Positions 38,926 to 49,494 are shown, counted from the first letter of the stretch. The stretch: DNA of 64,000 bases from an uncultured Flavobacteriaceae bacterium (GCA_964586115.1 CAZPHF010000001.1:9766-73765); one strand, 5' to 3'. Translations and numbers: made by a program. The notes: generated by a model from the sequence alone, not told the origin.

Positions 38926-39333
38926 TTAGATAAACCTATTTTTATATGAAGGTATCATCATGATACAACTGTCTTTCTTTCCAAACCATTGGTATCTGTT
39001 TTTTGCAATAAATTCATAAAGCTTATCTCTGAAACTTACAGGTAGGTAGGCTGCCACCGAAAACATTCTCCAAGGCCATTTTAAATGCGCGCAAATCTTC
39101 AAAACTGCCGATGATTTTTCATAGACTTTCCCACCTTCAATCAGAAGGATTGAATCCATTGTATTTTTTTTGCAATTATACTGTAACAAAATATTTTTTG
39201 CAGCGTCTGATTGTAAGGAAGCGAATAAGAACTGTTCTTTCGGGTCTCTTTTGAGAATGAATTGAACAGAAGCGTTGCATAAATTGCAGATACCGTCAAA
39301 TAGTATGATAGATTTTTTATCGTTGATGTGCAT
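38926..39333 (-). CDS. DCC1-like thiol-disulfide oxidoreductase (DUF393)
   Basis: FDGICNLC, FASLQS, RDKLYEFIAKNRYQWFG. Confidence 0.9.
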   Translation of the reverse strand: MHINDKKSIILFDGICNLCNASVQFILKRDPKEQFLFASLQSDAAKNILLQYNCKKNTMDSILLIEGGKVYEKSSAVLKICAHLKWPWRMFSVAAYLPVSFRDKLYEFIAKNRYQWFGKKDSCIMMIPSYKNRFI

Positions 39334-39411
39334 ATTGCAAAATTAGTAAATTCGCAGTTAGCATATACAGTACAATATTGTCTTGAAATAATTATAAAAT
39401 ACAGTCATCGA

Positions 39412-40104
39412 ATGATTAAAATTCAAAATCTTCATAAATCATACCCAATGGGTGATGAATCACTACACGTTCTTAAAGGATTGGACTTGCACATAAAAGA
39501 AGGAGAATTTGTTTCTATTATGGGATCTTCAGGTTCTGGAAAATCAACCCTCTTAAATATTGTAGGTCTTTTAGATGTGCATGACGAAGGTCAATACTAT
39601 CTAAATGGGCAATTGATTGAAAATCTGGATGAAAAAAAAGCAGCAGTTCTCAGGAATAAATTTTTAGGGTTTGTATTTCAGGCCTTTAACCTGATTACCT
39701 ATAAAAATGCGCTTGAAAATGTGGCACTGCCATTATACTATAAAGGAGTAGGAAGAAAAGAAAGACAAAAAATTGCCATGGAATACCTGGAAAAAGTAGG
39801 TTTGGGAGAATGGGCAAATCACCTTCCCAATGAACTTTCAGGCGGACAAAAGCAAAGGGTGGCTATCGCACGAGCCTTGGTAACTAATCCTAAAGTAGTC
39901 TTGGCAGATGAACCTACTGGTGCCCTGGATTCTTCAACTTCTCATTCGGTAATGGAGTTATTAAAGGAAATCAATAAAGAGGGTATGACGGTTTTTGTTA
40001 TCACCCATGAGGAAGATATCGCCGCTGAGACGGATAGGATAGTTAGATTGGTTGATGGCGTCATCGTTAGTGATGAACTGACCGGTAAAAAAGTAAATGC
40101 ATAA
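39412..40104 (+). CDS. MacB-type ABC transporter ATP-binding subunit
   Basis: ATG 39412; [33 protein letters not shown]. Confidence 0.92.
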   Translation: MIKIQNLHKSYPMGDESLHVLKGLDLHIKEGEFVSIMGSSGSGKSTLLNIVGLLDVHDEGQYYLNGQLIENLDEKKAAVLRNKFLGFVFQAFNLITYKNALENVALPLYYKGVGRKERQKIAMEYLEKVGLGEWANHLPNELSGGQKQRVAIARALVTNPKVVLADEPTGALDSSTSHSVMELLKEINKEGMTVFVITHEEDIAAETDRIVRLVDGVIVSDELTGKKVNA

Positions 40105-40107
40105 AGC

Positions 40108-41340
40108 ATGTTTGATTTAGATCGTTGGAGAGAGATATTCCAGACCTTAAGCAAGAATAAATTAAGAACAGCATTGTCTGGTTTTACCATTGCTTTCGCT
40201 ATCCTTTTATTTACACTTCTTTTTGGTATTGGTAATGGACTCAAACATTTTTTTGAAAGAGAATTTGCCGGTGATGCGACAAATTCAGTTTATGTTTATT
40301 CCGGAATTACGACAAAACCCTATAAAGGATTACAAAGTGGTAGAAAGGTTCAATTTAGAAATGACGATACAAAATTTATCAATGAAAAATTTGAAGAAGA
40401 AATAGATTTCTTTAGTCCGAATATTCAACGAAATGGTGTTCAAGCGATATATAAGGGGAATCAGAATAAGTATACCGTAAGAGGTGTATATCCTGATTAT
40501 CAGCCGCTTGAGTCAGCTGTTATGGAAGAAGGAAGGTTTCTTAGTTTTCTTGACCTAAAGAAAAGAGCTAAAGTGGTGGCCATAGGAGGTTTGGTGGAAG
40601 AAGATCTTTTTGGAGCAAGAAGTGGCTTAGGGAAGAATATATCACTGGATGGAATTTCGTATCAGGTTGTAGGAGTATTTAGTGATCCAGGAGGTGATAA
40701 TGACGAAAGGATGATTTACACACCCTTTACAACTGCACAAGGAATGTATCGTGAAAACGATGAATTGGATCGATTTGGACTTACTTATAACCCTAAACTT
40801 AGTGTAGATAAGGCACTTGCCTTTTCAAATTTATTAACAAAGGTTTTAAAGGAAAAACACAATGTAGACCCTCGTGATCAGGGAGCGTTGCGAGTTATTA
40901 ATTATGCAGAAGGAGCAAGAAGTGTACAACAATTTATATTTGTATTAAATTTGATCATTCTTTTTATAGGTATTGGAACATTAGTTGCCGGAGTCATTGG
41001 TATTAGTAATATCATGGTTTATATCGTCAAGGAACGTACCAAAGAGCTGGGAATAAGAAAAGCCCTGGGGGCAACTCCTGGTTCTATTATTTCCATGATC
41101 ATGCAGGAATCTATTTTTGTAACAGCAATAGCTGGATATGCAGGACTGACGATAGGCGTTTTTGTATTGAAAGGGATAGGTGAAAGTTTAGAAAAATATT
41201 TCATTGTTGATCCAAGTGTAGAAACCTATGTAGTGGTTGGAGCCACCGTTGTATTGGTGATTGCAGGAACCATTGCTGGTTATATTCCAGCAAAAAGAGC
41301 TGCAAGAATTAAGCCTATAGTGGCCTTGAATGACGAATAA
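40108..41340 (+). CDS. MacB/FtsX-family ABC permease
   Basis: NKLRTALSGF, GVIGISNIMVYIVKERTKELGIRKALGA, PAKRAARIKP. Confidence 0.92.
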   Translation: MFDLDRWREIFQTLSKNKLRTALSGFTIAFAILLFTLLFGIGNGLKHFFEREFAGDATNSVYVYSGITTKPYKGLQSGRKVQFRNDDTKFINEKFEEEIDFFSPNIQRNGVQAIYKGNQNKYTVRGVYPDYQPLESAVMEEGRFLSFLDLKKRAKVVAIGGLVEEDLFGARSGLGKNISLDGISYQVVGVFSDPGGDNDERMIYTPFTTAQGMYRENDELDRFGLTYNPKLSVDKALAFSNLLTKVLKEKHNVDPRDQGALRVINYAEGARSVQQFIFVLNLIILFIGIGTLVAGVIGISNIMVYIVKERTKELGIRKALGATPGSIISMIMQESIFVTAIAGYAGLTIGVFVLKGIGESLEKYFIVDPSVETYVVVGATVVLVIAGTIAGYIPAKRAARIKPIVALNDE

Positions 41341-41351
41341 AGCAACATAAG

Positions 41352-42596
41352 ATGAAATTTATATTTGATCCCGATACATGGCAAGAGATTTACGGAAGTA
41401 TCCGTAAGAATAAAATGCGTGCGGCTATTACAATAATAGGGGTGATGTGGGGTATATTTTTACTTATTGTGTTGTTGGGAGCTGCAAAAGGAATGGAAAA
41501 TAATTTTAATAAATTGTTTGGAAATTTTGCGACTAATAGTGTTTTTGTCTGGGCCCAGTCAACAAGTATGCCATTTAAAGGTTTTCAGGAGGGTAAGAAT
41601 ATCAGGATGAAATTGTCAGATGCAGACCATATCATGAGTGAAATTGAAGGACTTGAATTTGTGGTGCCAAGACATCAAAGACAGTCTCAGGCTGTGAATA
41701 AATTTAAAACAGGAACTTTTGGTATTTATGGAGATTATCCGGAATTGGATAAAGTGGAGAAGAAAGAAATGGTGTATGGACGATTTATTAATGGTAGTGA
41801 TATAGCAGAAAAGAAGAAGGTTTGCGTAATTGAAGAAGAAATATTTAAGCAATTATTTGAGCCGGATGAGAATCCGATTGGTCAGTACATAAAGATCAAC
41901 GAGGTTAATTACAAGGTTGTAGGCATGTATAAACAAGGTCAACTTAGAATGGGTGGGCCTCAGGGAGCAATTCATATTCCATTTACAACTTTCCAGCAGG
42001 TTTATAATACGGGGGATTCAATGGGATGGATGATGATTACAGGAAAACCTGGCTTTGAGATCAAACAAATAGAATCTGATGTCAAACTATTGTTAAAGAC
42101 CCTACATAAGGTGCATCCTAAAGATAATCGTGCTTTCGGTAGCTTTAATCTTGGGAATGAAATCAAGAAGTTTACAGGTTTTTTAACAGGAATGCAGTTT
42201 TTAACCTGGTTTGTCGGAATAGCTACTTTAATTGCGGGCGTATTTGCCATAGGAAATATACTCTTGATCACCGTAAAAGAACGTACAAAGGAGATTGGTA
42301 TTCGAAGAGCTTTAGGTGCAAAACCCTGGGAGATCAAAAGACATATTATGCTGGAGTCAGTATTCCTGACAAGTTTGGCAGGAGCGCTTGGAATCATTTT
42401 TGGAGGACTCGTGTTAATGATAATTGATGCTACGCTTGGAAGTGGAGATGACCCAGCTTTAACAAATCCTACTGTGGATATTCCGGTCATTCTTATTGCT
42501 GTATCCACTTTAATAATTCTAGGAACATTGATAGGGTTGATACCGGCGCAGGTAGCTGTTAGTATTAAACCTATCGAGGCATTAAGAGATGAATAA
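41352..42596 (+). CDS. MacB/FtsX-family ABC permease (second paralog)
   Basis: NKMRAAIT, IGNILLITVKERTKEIGIRRALGA, IKPIEALRDE. Confidence 0.92.
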   Translation: MKFIFDPDTWQEIYGSIRKNKMRAAITIIGVMWGIFLLIVLLGAAKGMENNFNKLFGNFATNSVFVWAQSTSMPFKGFQEGKNIRMKLSDADHIMSEIEGLEFVVPRHQRQSQAVNKFKTGTFGIYGDYPELDKVEKKEMVYGRFINGSDIAEKKKVCVIEEEIFKQLFEPDENPIGQYIKINEVNYKVVGMYKQGQLRMGGPQGAIHIPFTTFQQVYNTGDSMGWMMITGKPGFEIKQIESDVKLLLKTLHKVHPKDNRAFGSFNLGNEIKKFTGFLTGMQFLTWFVGIATLIAGVFAIGNILLITVKERTKEIGIRRALGAKPWEIKRHIMLESVFLTSLAGALGIIFGGLVLMIIDATLGSGDDPALTNPTVDIPVILIAVSTLIILGTLIGLIPAQVAVSIKPIEALRDE

Positions 42597-42630
42597 TTAA
42601 CAATCAAACTCAATAGAAAATAAAATAACA

Positions 42631-43746
42631 ATGAAAAAAAAGTTAATTTTTGGAAGTATTATTATAGCCTTAATAGTTGTTCTGATTTGGCTGGGAAAAA
42701 AGAATAGTAAGTCTCCTATTCAGTTCGAAACGGAAAAACCTTTCAAGACAAATATTGTGAGAAAGACCGTTGCCACGGGAAAAGTAATTCCATTAGAAGA
42801 GGTTGAGATCAAACCTCAGATCAATGGTATTATTGAAAAAATTTATGTTGTAGAAGGTGCAAAACTAAATAAGGGTGATTTGATTGCTAAGGTAAGGGTT
42901 ATTCCTAATGAACAGGCTTTGGCAAGCGCCAGAGGGCGGATGACCAAGGCTGAATTGGATCAAAGCAATGCAAAAATTGTTTACAATCGAAACAAAAAAC
43001 TATATGATAACGGAGTTATCTCTCAAGGAGAATTTGAAGGATTTCAATTGAGCTATAATCAATCTAAGCAGGATTTGATCAACGCTAAAAATGATTATCA
43101 GATTATTCAGAAAGGATATACCGGTCAGGGAGGATCTGCCAATACCAATATTCGGGCGACAACGTCTGGGATGATACTTGAAATTCCTGTGAAGGAAGGT
43201 TATCAGGTAGTCCAAAGTAATAATTTCAATGCAGGAACTACTATTGCTTCTATTGCTGATATGAGTAAAATGATCTTTGAAGGAAAGGTAGATGAGGCTG
43301 AGGTTGGAAAATTAGCTGTTGGAATTGAAATAGAGGTTGGTTTAGGAGCTATTGAGAAAAAGAAGTTCCCGGCTAAACTTAATTTTATTGCTCCGAAAGG
43401 AACAGAAGAGAATGGGGCAGTTCAATTTAAAATAAAGGCGGATGTAACCTTAGATGAGGAATATTTTGTCAGGGCCGGGTACAGTGCTAATGCTGATATT
43501 GTTCTGGAGTCAAAGGACAGTGTATTATCAATTAAAGAGGCTTTATTACAGTTTGATAAAAAGACAGAAATTCCTTACGTAGAAATAAAGACCGGAGATC
43601 AAGAATTTGAAAGAAAGGATTTGGAATTGGGTATTTCAGATGGAATCAATGTTGAAATCATTTCTGGAATAACAGAAGAAGATGAGATAAAAATTTGGAA
43701 TAAGACCAAAAAAGACGATGATGAACCTGATGGAGGAAGGAACTAA
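42631..43746 (+). CDS. MacA/HlyD-type periplasmic adaptor
   Basis: N-terminal TM, ATGKVIP, coiled hairpin, GKVDEAEVG, RAGYSANADI. Confidence 0.9.
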   Translation: MKKKLIFGSIIIALIVVLIWLGKKNSKSPIQFETEKPFKTNIVRKTVATGKVIPLEEVEIKPQINGIIEKIYVVEGAKLNKGDLIAKVRVIPNEQALASARGRMTKAELDQSNAKIVYNRNKKLYDNGVISQGEFEGFQLSYNQSKQDLINAKNDYQIIQKGYTGQGGSANTNIRATTSGMILEIPVKEGYQVVQSNNFNAGTTIASIADMSKMIFEGKVDEAEVGKLAVGIEIEVGLGAIEKKKFPAKLNFIAPKGTEENGAVQFKIKADVTLDEEYFVRAGYSANADIVLESKDSVLSIKEALLQFDKKTEIPYVEIKTGDQEFERKDLELGISDGINVEIISGITEEDEIKIWNKTKKDDDEPDGGRN

Positions 43747-43763
43747 ACTTCTACTTTGATCAT

Positions 43764-43791
43764 AAACCCTGCTTCAGCAGGGTTTTTTTTT
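43764..43791 (+). terminator. Intrinsic terminator after the ABC operon
   Basis: AAACCCTGC-ttca-GCAGGGTTT followed by a T-run. Confidence 0.88.
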
Positions 43792-43907
43792 GCTATACGC
43801 CATGTTAAAAAAAATGAGATAGGTCTAAAAAAAATGACTTTTATCAATGGTATACTCACTTTTTTTTAAGAAATTTATGGTATTATTAATTATAACATTT
43901 TAAGGCC

Positions 43908-44288
43908 ATGGAGACAAAATTAGTTTATTTAAGCGATTTGAAGTTTAATTTAAAGGTTTGGAAGGAAGAATTAAGGTATCACAGAAAAGAGATGGAGAAG
44001 TTTGAAAAGAAACTGGAGAGTATCGCAAAGCGAAACCTGGGGATAGAAGCTATGGCTCCGTTGGAAGGCTTTCAAAATAAAATAATACGTGAAAAAGAAG
44101 TCATAGGACGAATGTTACAACGAATACGGATGAAGAAAAAAATTATAGCAACGGCTGATATCAGTGAGGAACTTGATGGTAGGTTAAGGAATCAGCAAAC
44201 GTCTATGAAAGATGATATGAAAACCTATATAAAATTGCACTATGAATTGAAAGAGGATCTAATGGATTATTTTTTAAGATGGTTATAA
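43908..44288 (+). CDS. All-helical hypothetical protein
   Basis: 126 aa, heptad-like helices, own terminator downstream. Confidence 0.7.
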   Translation: METKLVYLSDLKFNLKVWKEELRYHRKEMEKFEKKLESIAKRNLGIEAMAPLEGFQNKIIREKEVIGRMLQRIRMKKKIIATADISEELDGRLRNQQTSMKDDMKTYIKLHYELKEDLMDYFLRWL

Positions 44289-44293
44289 GTAAT

Positions 44294-44326
44294 AAAAAAG
44301 CCCCGCTGTAAAGTGGGGCTTTTTTT
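44294..44326. terminator. Bidirectional intrinsic terminator
   Basis: A6-GCCCCGCT-gtaa-AGTGGGGC-T7 between convergent genes. Confidence 0.88.
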
Positions 44327-44330
44327 ATGG

Positions 44331-45221
44331 TTATTTATTAAATTGTGACGACACTTTTTCCGCCTTTTTAGAGGCAGCATAGTCATAAAATCCTTCTCCT
44401 GATTTAATACCGAGTTTACCAGCCATCACCATATTTACAAGTAAAGGGCAAGGCGCATATTTAGGATTTCCAAAACCCTCGAAAAGAACTCTTAGGATTG
44501 AAAGACAAACATCAAGACCTATAAAATCCGCTAGCTGAAGCGGTCCCATGGGATGTGCCATACCTAATTTCATTACAGTATCAATTTCATAAACTCCCGC
44601 TACACCTTCATAAAGTGAATAAATGGCTTCATTGATCATAGGCATAAGAATTCTGTTGGCAATGAACCCCGGGTAGTCATTGACTTCAACAGGTACTTTT
44701 CCGAGCGTCTTCGAAAGTTCCATTATTTTAAGTGTTACTTCATCCGAGGTGGAATAACCCCTGATTACTTCTATCAGTTTCATAATGGGCACTGGATTCA
44801 TAAAATGCATTCCTATAACCATTTCCGGTCTGGCAGTAACAGCAGCAATTTCTGTAATTGAAATAGAAGAAGTGTTGGTTGCTAAGATCGATCCCGACGG
44901 AGCCAGCTTATCAATTTGAGAAAATATTTTTTTCTTTAGAACCAGGTTTTCAGTGGCTGCTTCAACTACAAGATCAGCCATGGCAATGCCATTTTCTATT
45001 TTGGTAAAGGTCTGGATACGATCTAAAGTACCCACTTTTGTTTCCTGGTTGATCTTTTCTTTGGCCAACATCCGGTCAAGGTTGTTTGAAATACTCGATA
45101 CAGCTTTTTGCAAAGCATTTTCAGAAATATCCACCAAACTCACTTGAAAGCCATTTTGGGCAAACACATGAGCGATTCCGTTACCCATGGTTCCGGCGCC
45201 AATTACTGTAATATTTTTCAT
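44331..45221 (-). CDS. hbd: 3-hydroxybutyryl-CoA dehydrogenase
   Basis: GAGTMGNGIA, EAATE, ATNTSSISIT, GMHFMNP, AHPMGPLQLADFIGLD. Confidence 0.93.
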   Translation of the reverse strand: MKNITVIGAGTMGNGIAHVFAQNGFQVSLVDISENALQKAVSSISNNLDRMLAKEKINQETKVGTLDRIQTFTKIENGIAMADLVVEAATENLVLKKKIFSQIDKLAPSGSILATNTSSISITEIAAVTARPEMVIGMHFMNPVPIMKLIEVIRGYSTSDEVTLKIMELSKTLGKVPVEVNDYPGFIANRILMPMINEAIYSLYEGVAGVYEIDTVMKLGMAHPMGPLQLADFIGLDVCLSILRVLFEGFGNPKYAPCPLLVNMVMAGKLGIKSGEGFYDYAASKKAEKVSSQFNK

Positions 45222-45223
45222 TT

Positions 45224-45622
45224 TTAAGATTTTTTAGGGGGCATAGTGCCGAACACGCTGTCCCAGAAAGTATTGGAAACCCCAAATGCTTTATCTGGAT
45301 GTTTATAGTGATGCAAGCTGCGGTGACGCCAAAGATATTTAAATCTTTGTGCATTTGAATTCTCATTCATCCAGTGAAATACAAATCGATCTAAGATATA
45401 TTCAGCATAGGTCCAAAAGAAAGACGTAAATATAAAAAGACCTATAAAAGTAAAAACGGAGATTTCCTTGAGATAAATAGCGTTGTAAATTAACAATAAA
45501 ACAACAAGTCCATAAACAATAATATTTTGTTTTAGAGAGGTCTTGGTCAGGCTTTCAAGAAAGGGGTTCTTAAAAATAGTTGCAGCTCCACGATTGTGTT
45601 GAGTAGTAACTTTTGCTTTCAT
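45224..45622 (-). pseudogene. Sterol desaturase/fatty-acid hydroxylase remnant with in-frame internal deletion
   Basis: N-terminal (LESLTKT, EYILDRFVFH) and C-terminal (HHYKHPDKAFGVS...WDSVFGT) family motifs are joined directly at RFKY|LWRH; only 132 aa; two His-box histidines appear replaced. Confidence 0.65.
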
Positions 45623-45624
45623 AT

Positions 45625-46584
45625 TTAAAAATTATCTATAATTTGTTGCGCTACCTTCAAGGCACGTGTGCCTTGCTGAAGCGAAACAATAGGTGTTGTA
45701 TTATTCATTATGGCATCAGCAAACGATTCCAGCTCATCCAGGATAGCATTGTTTTGGAGAATCTTGGGATTCTCAAAATATATTTGCTTTTTATTGCCTT
45801 CTGCATTTTGCAGTATCATGGCAAAATCATCCGGATTTTCCGGAGCATCTTTCATTTTGACCACTTCACTTTTTTTCTCTAGAAAATCAACCGAAATATA
45901 GGCATCCTTTTGAAAGAATCTCGATTTTCTCATATTCTTCATTGAAATTCTACTCGCTGTTAGATTAGCCACACAGCCATTTTCAAACTCTATTCTTGCA
46001 TTTGCTATATCAGGAGTTTCACTGATGACGGATACACCACTGGCATGAATTTCCTTCACTTCAGAATTCACGACACTTAAAATAATGTCAATATCATGAA
46101 TCATCAAATCAAGCACTACGGGCACATCTGTTCCTCTGGGATTGAATTCTGCTAATCGATGACATTCTATAAACATCGGATTTTCAATCATATCCTTAAC
46201 AGCGGTAAACGCGGGATTAAAGCGTTCAACATGGCCAACTTGTCCTCGAACTTGGTGCTTTGCTGCAAGGTCTCTCAGGATTTCGGCTTCCTCGAAGGTC
46301 TTCGTGATCGGTTTTTCTATAAATATATGTTTTCCTTTTTCAATAGCTTTTTGAGCACAGTCAAAATGGCTTAGAGTAGGTGTCACAATATCAATAACAT
46401 CAACAGATTCAATCAATTCATCGATACTTTCAATAAATCTATAGCCGAACTCCGAAGCTACTTGACGTGCATGTGCTTCAATCGGGTCGTAGAATCCGAC
46501 CAACTCATATTTTGAAGATTGTTGTAAAAGTTTTAAATGAATTTTCCCAAGATGACCAGCACCTAAAACGCCTGCTTTTAGCAT
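45625..46584 (-). CDS. Gfo/Idh/MocA family oxidoreductase (GnnA/WlbA-like)
   Basis: GAGHLG, EKP, GHVERFNPA, DLMIHDID, ASR. Confidence 0.88.
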   Translation of the reverse strand: MLKAGVLGAGHLGKIHLKLLQQSSKYELVGFYDPIEAHARQVASEFGYRFIESIDELIESVDVIDIVTPTLSHFDCAQKAIEKGKHIFIEKPITKTFEEAEILRDLAAKHQVRGQVGHVERFNPAFTAVKDMIENPMFIECHRLAEFNPRGTDVPVVLDLMIHDIDIILSVVNSEVKEIHASGVSVISETPDIANARIEFENGCVANLTASRISMKNMRKSRFFQKDAYISVDFLEKKSEVVKMKDAPENPDDFAMILQNAEGNKKQIYFENPKILQNNAILDELESFADAIMNNTTPIVSLQQGTRALKVAQQIIDNF

Positions 46585-46667
46585 AAAAATGTTTTTATCA
46601 AAAATACAAAAACACGTGCTAATTAAAAAAGGGCTTTAGCAAGAAAAACTAAAAAAATCATTTTAAT

Positions 46668-47558
46668 TTACAAAGAGGCTTCTAGAACTACTACTGCCAG
46701 TTTGGAACCATCCGGACTGATTACCAATCTGCTGATTCCTTCGATAGGGAATTCTGACTCAATACTAATGGGTGTCCACTTTTCATCTTCTCCTGGGTGA
46801 TATTTATAGATGGTGCCATCATTTCCCATTAGCATACTTCCTTTAGCCGTCCATGTAAGGTCCTGCGATCCTGTTAGCGCATCGGTTATGTATTTTGTTT
46901 CACTGGTTTGGGGGTCGATTGAATAAATTTCAGGAACTTCATGAGACATACTTATAAAACTAACCAAACTGCTGCCTAAGCCCACCGAATAAGGGATTTC
47001 ATGAAGTGATCTTCCAATATTACTTTGAATAGGGTATCGGATCTTAAATTTAAAATTGTTCACCTGTAGAGTCTCAATATCACCAATCACAAAACTGAGG
47101 ATTGATTTTTCATTCAACCATATATAATAGCCAACTTTCAGGTCGGGAATCAATAATTCAGGCAATTTCTTTTTATACGCATATTTATACAAAAATTGAG
47201 AACCATCCTCGTTCAGTCTGACACAGGTAAAGTATTTCTTCTTACCTGGCACAGCTAAAGGAGAAAACTCACTTTCTGCAGTGTCAGTAATCCAGATCCT
47301 GTATTTTTCTTCAATAAAATATTTTGAAATATCGGATTGGCCATCCCTAAAAGAAGCAAACAATAATGCTGAACCATCTTCTGTGAAGCTGGGTTGATTA
47401 TCATAACCTTCATTTTTTGAAATGTTAATGGGATTATTGATGGTGATTTGACCATCTTGTTCATTGAGGTCAAATAAATATATTTCTGTCGCTTCCTGTG
47501 CTGTGATCACTGCACACAGTAATGACATCAAAATCGAGGGGATTATTCTGATATGCAT
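46668..47558 (-). CDS. Secreted TolB-like (PD40/WD40) beta-propeller protein
   Basis: Signal peptide; YDNQPSFTEDG, SEFSP, ISPDGSKLAV repeats. Confidence 0.7.
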   Translation of the reverse strand: MHIRIIPSILMSLLCAVITAQEATEIYLFDLNEQDGQITINNPINISKNEGYDNQPSFTEDGSALLFASFRDGQSDISKYFIEEKYRIWITDTAESEFSPLAVPGKKKYFTCVRLNEDGSQFLYKYAYKKKLPELLIPDLKVGYYIWLNEKSILSFVIGDIETLQVNNFKFKIRYPIQSNIGRSLHEIPYSVGLGSSLVSFISMSHEVPEIYSIDPQTSETKYITDALTGSQDLTWTAKGSMLMGNDGTIYKYHPGEDEKWTPISIESEFPIEGISRLVISPDGSKLAVVVLEASL

Positions 47559-47669
47559 ATAAAAATGTATTAAGCTATTTCAATATCAAATATAGAGCTT
47601 ATCTAAGCGAAAAAGTTAAAAAACCAAAGAAGATTTTTTCCAGGTGCCAAAAGACACCTGGAAAATTAT

Positions 47670-49463
47670 TTAAAAACAATACTTATTTTCCTCAATAAGA
47701 ATCGCTGCAATCTCTTTTCTTAAAGCAATCACATTAGGTAAGTTGGTGTATTTTGTGAATCTCTTAAGACCCATGAGCATCATTCTCTGTTCATCTCCTT
47801 CAGAAAAATAGGCTATTGCCTCTTTCCCTTTTTCATTAATGATTCCAACGGCATGGCTCAAATTGAGTTTTGCCATGGCAATTTGCCCTTTAGCTGCTTC
47901 CACAGACGTAAGATCTGCAACTTTTTCGGCTTTGATCAAGGCGCTTTCTGCCATATAGATTTCAATCAGCACTTCGGCCGCAGCTAAAATAAGTTGTTGG
48001 TGTTCTTCCAATTCAATTCCAAAAGTCTCAACTGATTTCCCGGCGATCATTAAAAAGGCTTTTTTCAATTTAGAGATCATTTCCTTTTCTTCTGAAAATA
48101 ATTCCGAATAATCAGGGATGTCAAACGAAGGGATTTCCATAAGGCTCTTACCAACTTGCATTGCCGGAGTCATTAGGTCAATATCTCCCTTAAAGGCCTT
48201 TTTTAGTAACATACCAACTGTCAAGAGTCTGTTGATCTCGTTCGTACCCTCATATATCCTGGTAATTCTCGCATCTCTCCAAGCTGCCTCCATAGGGGTG
48301 TCTTTTGAAAAACCCATTCCACCAAATATCTGAATACCTTCGTCAGTAACAAATTGAGAGGTTTCTGATCCATATACTTTTAAAATCGCAGCCTCAATAG
48401 CATATTCACTAAAGGCTTCAAGTTCAGATTCCTGATGAGATTTACCTGTGGCAAGCAAAGCATCTATATAATTCTGGATATCCTTAGCAGCTCTATATGA
48501 ACCTGCATCTATCGTAAAGGTTCTGGTGCCCATTTCAGCTAGTTTTGCCTGAATGGCACCGAAACTAGAAATTGGTTTTTTGAATTGAATTCTTTCGTTG
48601 GCGTATTTGATGGATTCTGTCAAAATTCTTCTACTGGCATCCAGGCAAGCTGCAGCAAGTTTGATACGGCCCACATTTAGAGAGTTAAGAGCGATCTTAA
48701 AACCTTTACCTCTTTCTGATAGCATGTTTTCTGCTGGAATCTTGGTATCATTGAAAAAAACTTGACGGGTAGAGGAGGAGGTGATTCCCAACTTCTTTTC
48801 TTCTTCCCCAAAAGTTACACCATTTGGATTTTCTTTATCATATTCAAGTAAAAAACCAGTGATATTTTTATCATCTTCAATACGAGCAAAAACTATAAAA
48901 ATTTCAGCAAAACCAGCATTTGAGATCCACATTTTCTGACCGTTGATAAGGTAGCTTTTTCCATCTTCAGTTAAAGTAGCCGTAGTTTTACCAGAATTAG
49001 CGTCACTTCCTGCACCGGGCTCTGTTAAGCAATAGGCCCCAAATTTCTCACCTGCTGTTAAAATTGGAAGGTATTTTTGCTTTTGTTCTTCTGTACCATA
49101 TAGAAAGATAGGCATTGTTCCAATACCTGTATGGGCACCAAATGCAGTTCCCAGTGAGCCCGAGGCCGAAGAAATATAATCTGTCACCAACATAGTAGAA
49201 ACAAATCCCATACCAATCCCTCCGTAAGCCTCAGGAATAGATACACCCAGAAAGCCCATTTCACCGGCCTTTCTCATTAATTCTTCAGTAAGGGCATAAT
49301 CCTTTTGCTCAAAACGTTCTTTGATTGGCCAAACCTCACGATCAATAAACTCGATGACCGCATCTTTCATCATTTGCTGCTCTTCAGTAAATTGTTCTGT
49401 GATAAAGACATCTTCCTTATTTACTTCTCTGATGAGAAACTCACCTCCTTTAATAGCTTTCAT
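47670..49463 (-). CDS. Acyl-CoA dehydrogenase (long type)
   Basis: AYCLTEPGAGSDA, NGQKMWISN, GRIKLAA, QIFGGMG, RIYEGTNEINR. Confidence 0.94.
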   Translation of the reverse strand: MKAIKGGEFLIREVNKEDVFITEQFTEEQQMMKDAVIEFIDREVWPIKERFEQKDYALTEELMRKAGEMGFLGVSIPEAYGGIGMGFVSTMLVTDYISSASGSLGTAFGAHTGIGTMPIFLYGTEEQKQKYLPILTAGEKFGAYCLTEPGAGSDANSGKTTATLTEDGKSYLINGQKMWISNAGFAEIFIVFARIEDDKNITGFLLEYDKENPNGVTFGEEEKKLGITSSSTRQVFFNDTKIPAENMLSERGKGFKIALNSLNVGRIKLAAACLDASRRILTESIKYANERIQFKKPISSFGAIQAKLAEMGTRTFTIDAGSYRAAKDIQNYIDALLATGKSHQESELEAFSEYAIEAAILKVYGSETSQFVTDEGIQIFGGMGFSKDTPMEAAWRDARITRIYEGTNEINRLLTVGMLLKKAFKGDIDLMTPAMQVGKSLMEIPSFDIPDYSELFSEEKEMISKLKKAFLMIAGKSVETFGIELEEHQQLILAAAEVLIEIYMAESALIKAEKVADLTSVEAAKGQIAMAKLNLSHAVGIINEKGKEAIAYFSEGDEQRMMLMGLKRFTKYTNLPNVIALRKEIAAILIEENKYCF

Positions 49464-49494
49464 ATTCTATATTTTTATCAATTGAGTTCAAAAT

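Noticed and set aside
42002-42631. 209-aa minus-strand ORF
   Set aside because: Antisense shadow of a well-supported MacB permease; no motifs. The same applies to the other short ORFs nested in long genes (e.g. 18967-19359, 33491-33841, 50203-50565).
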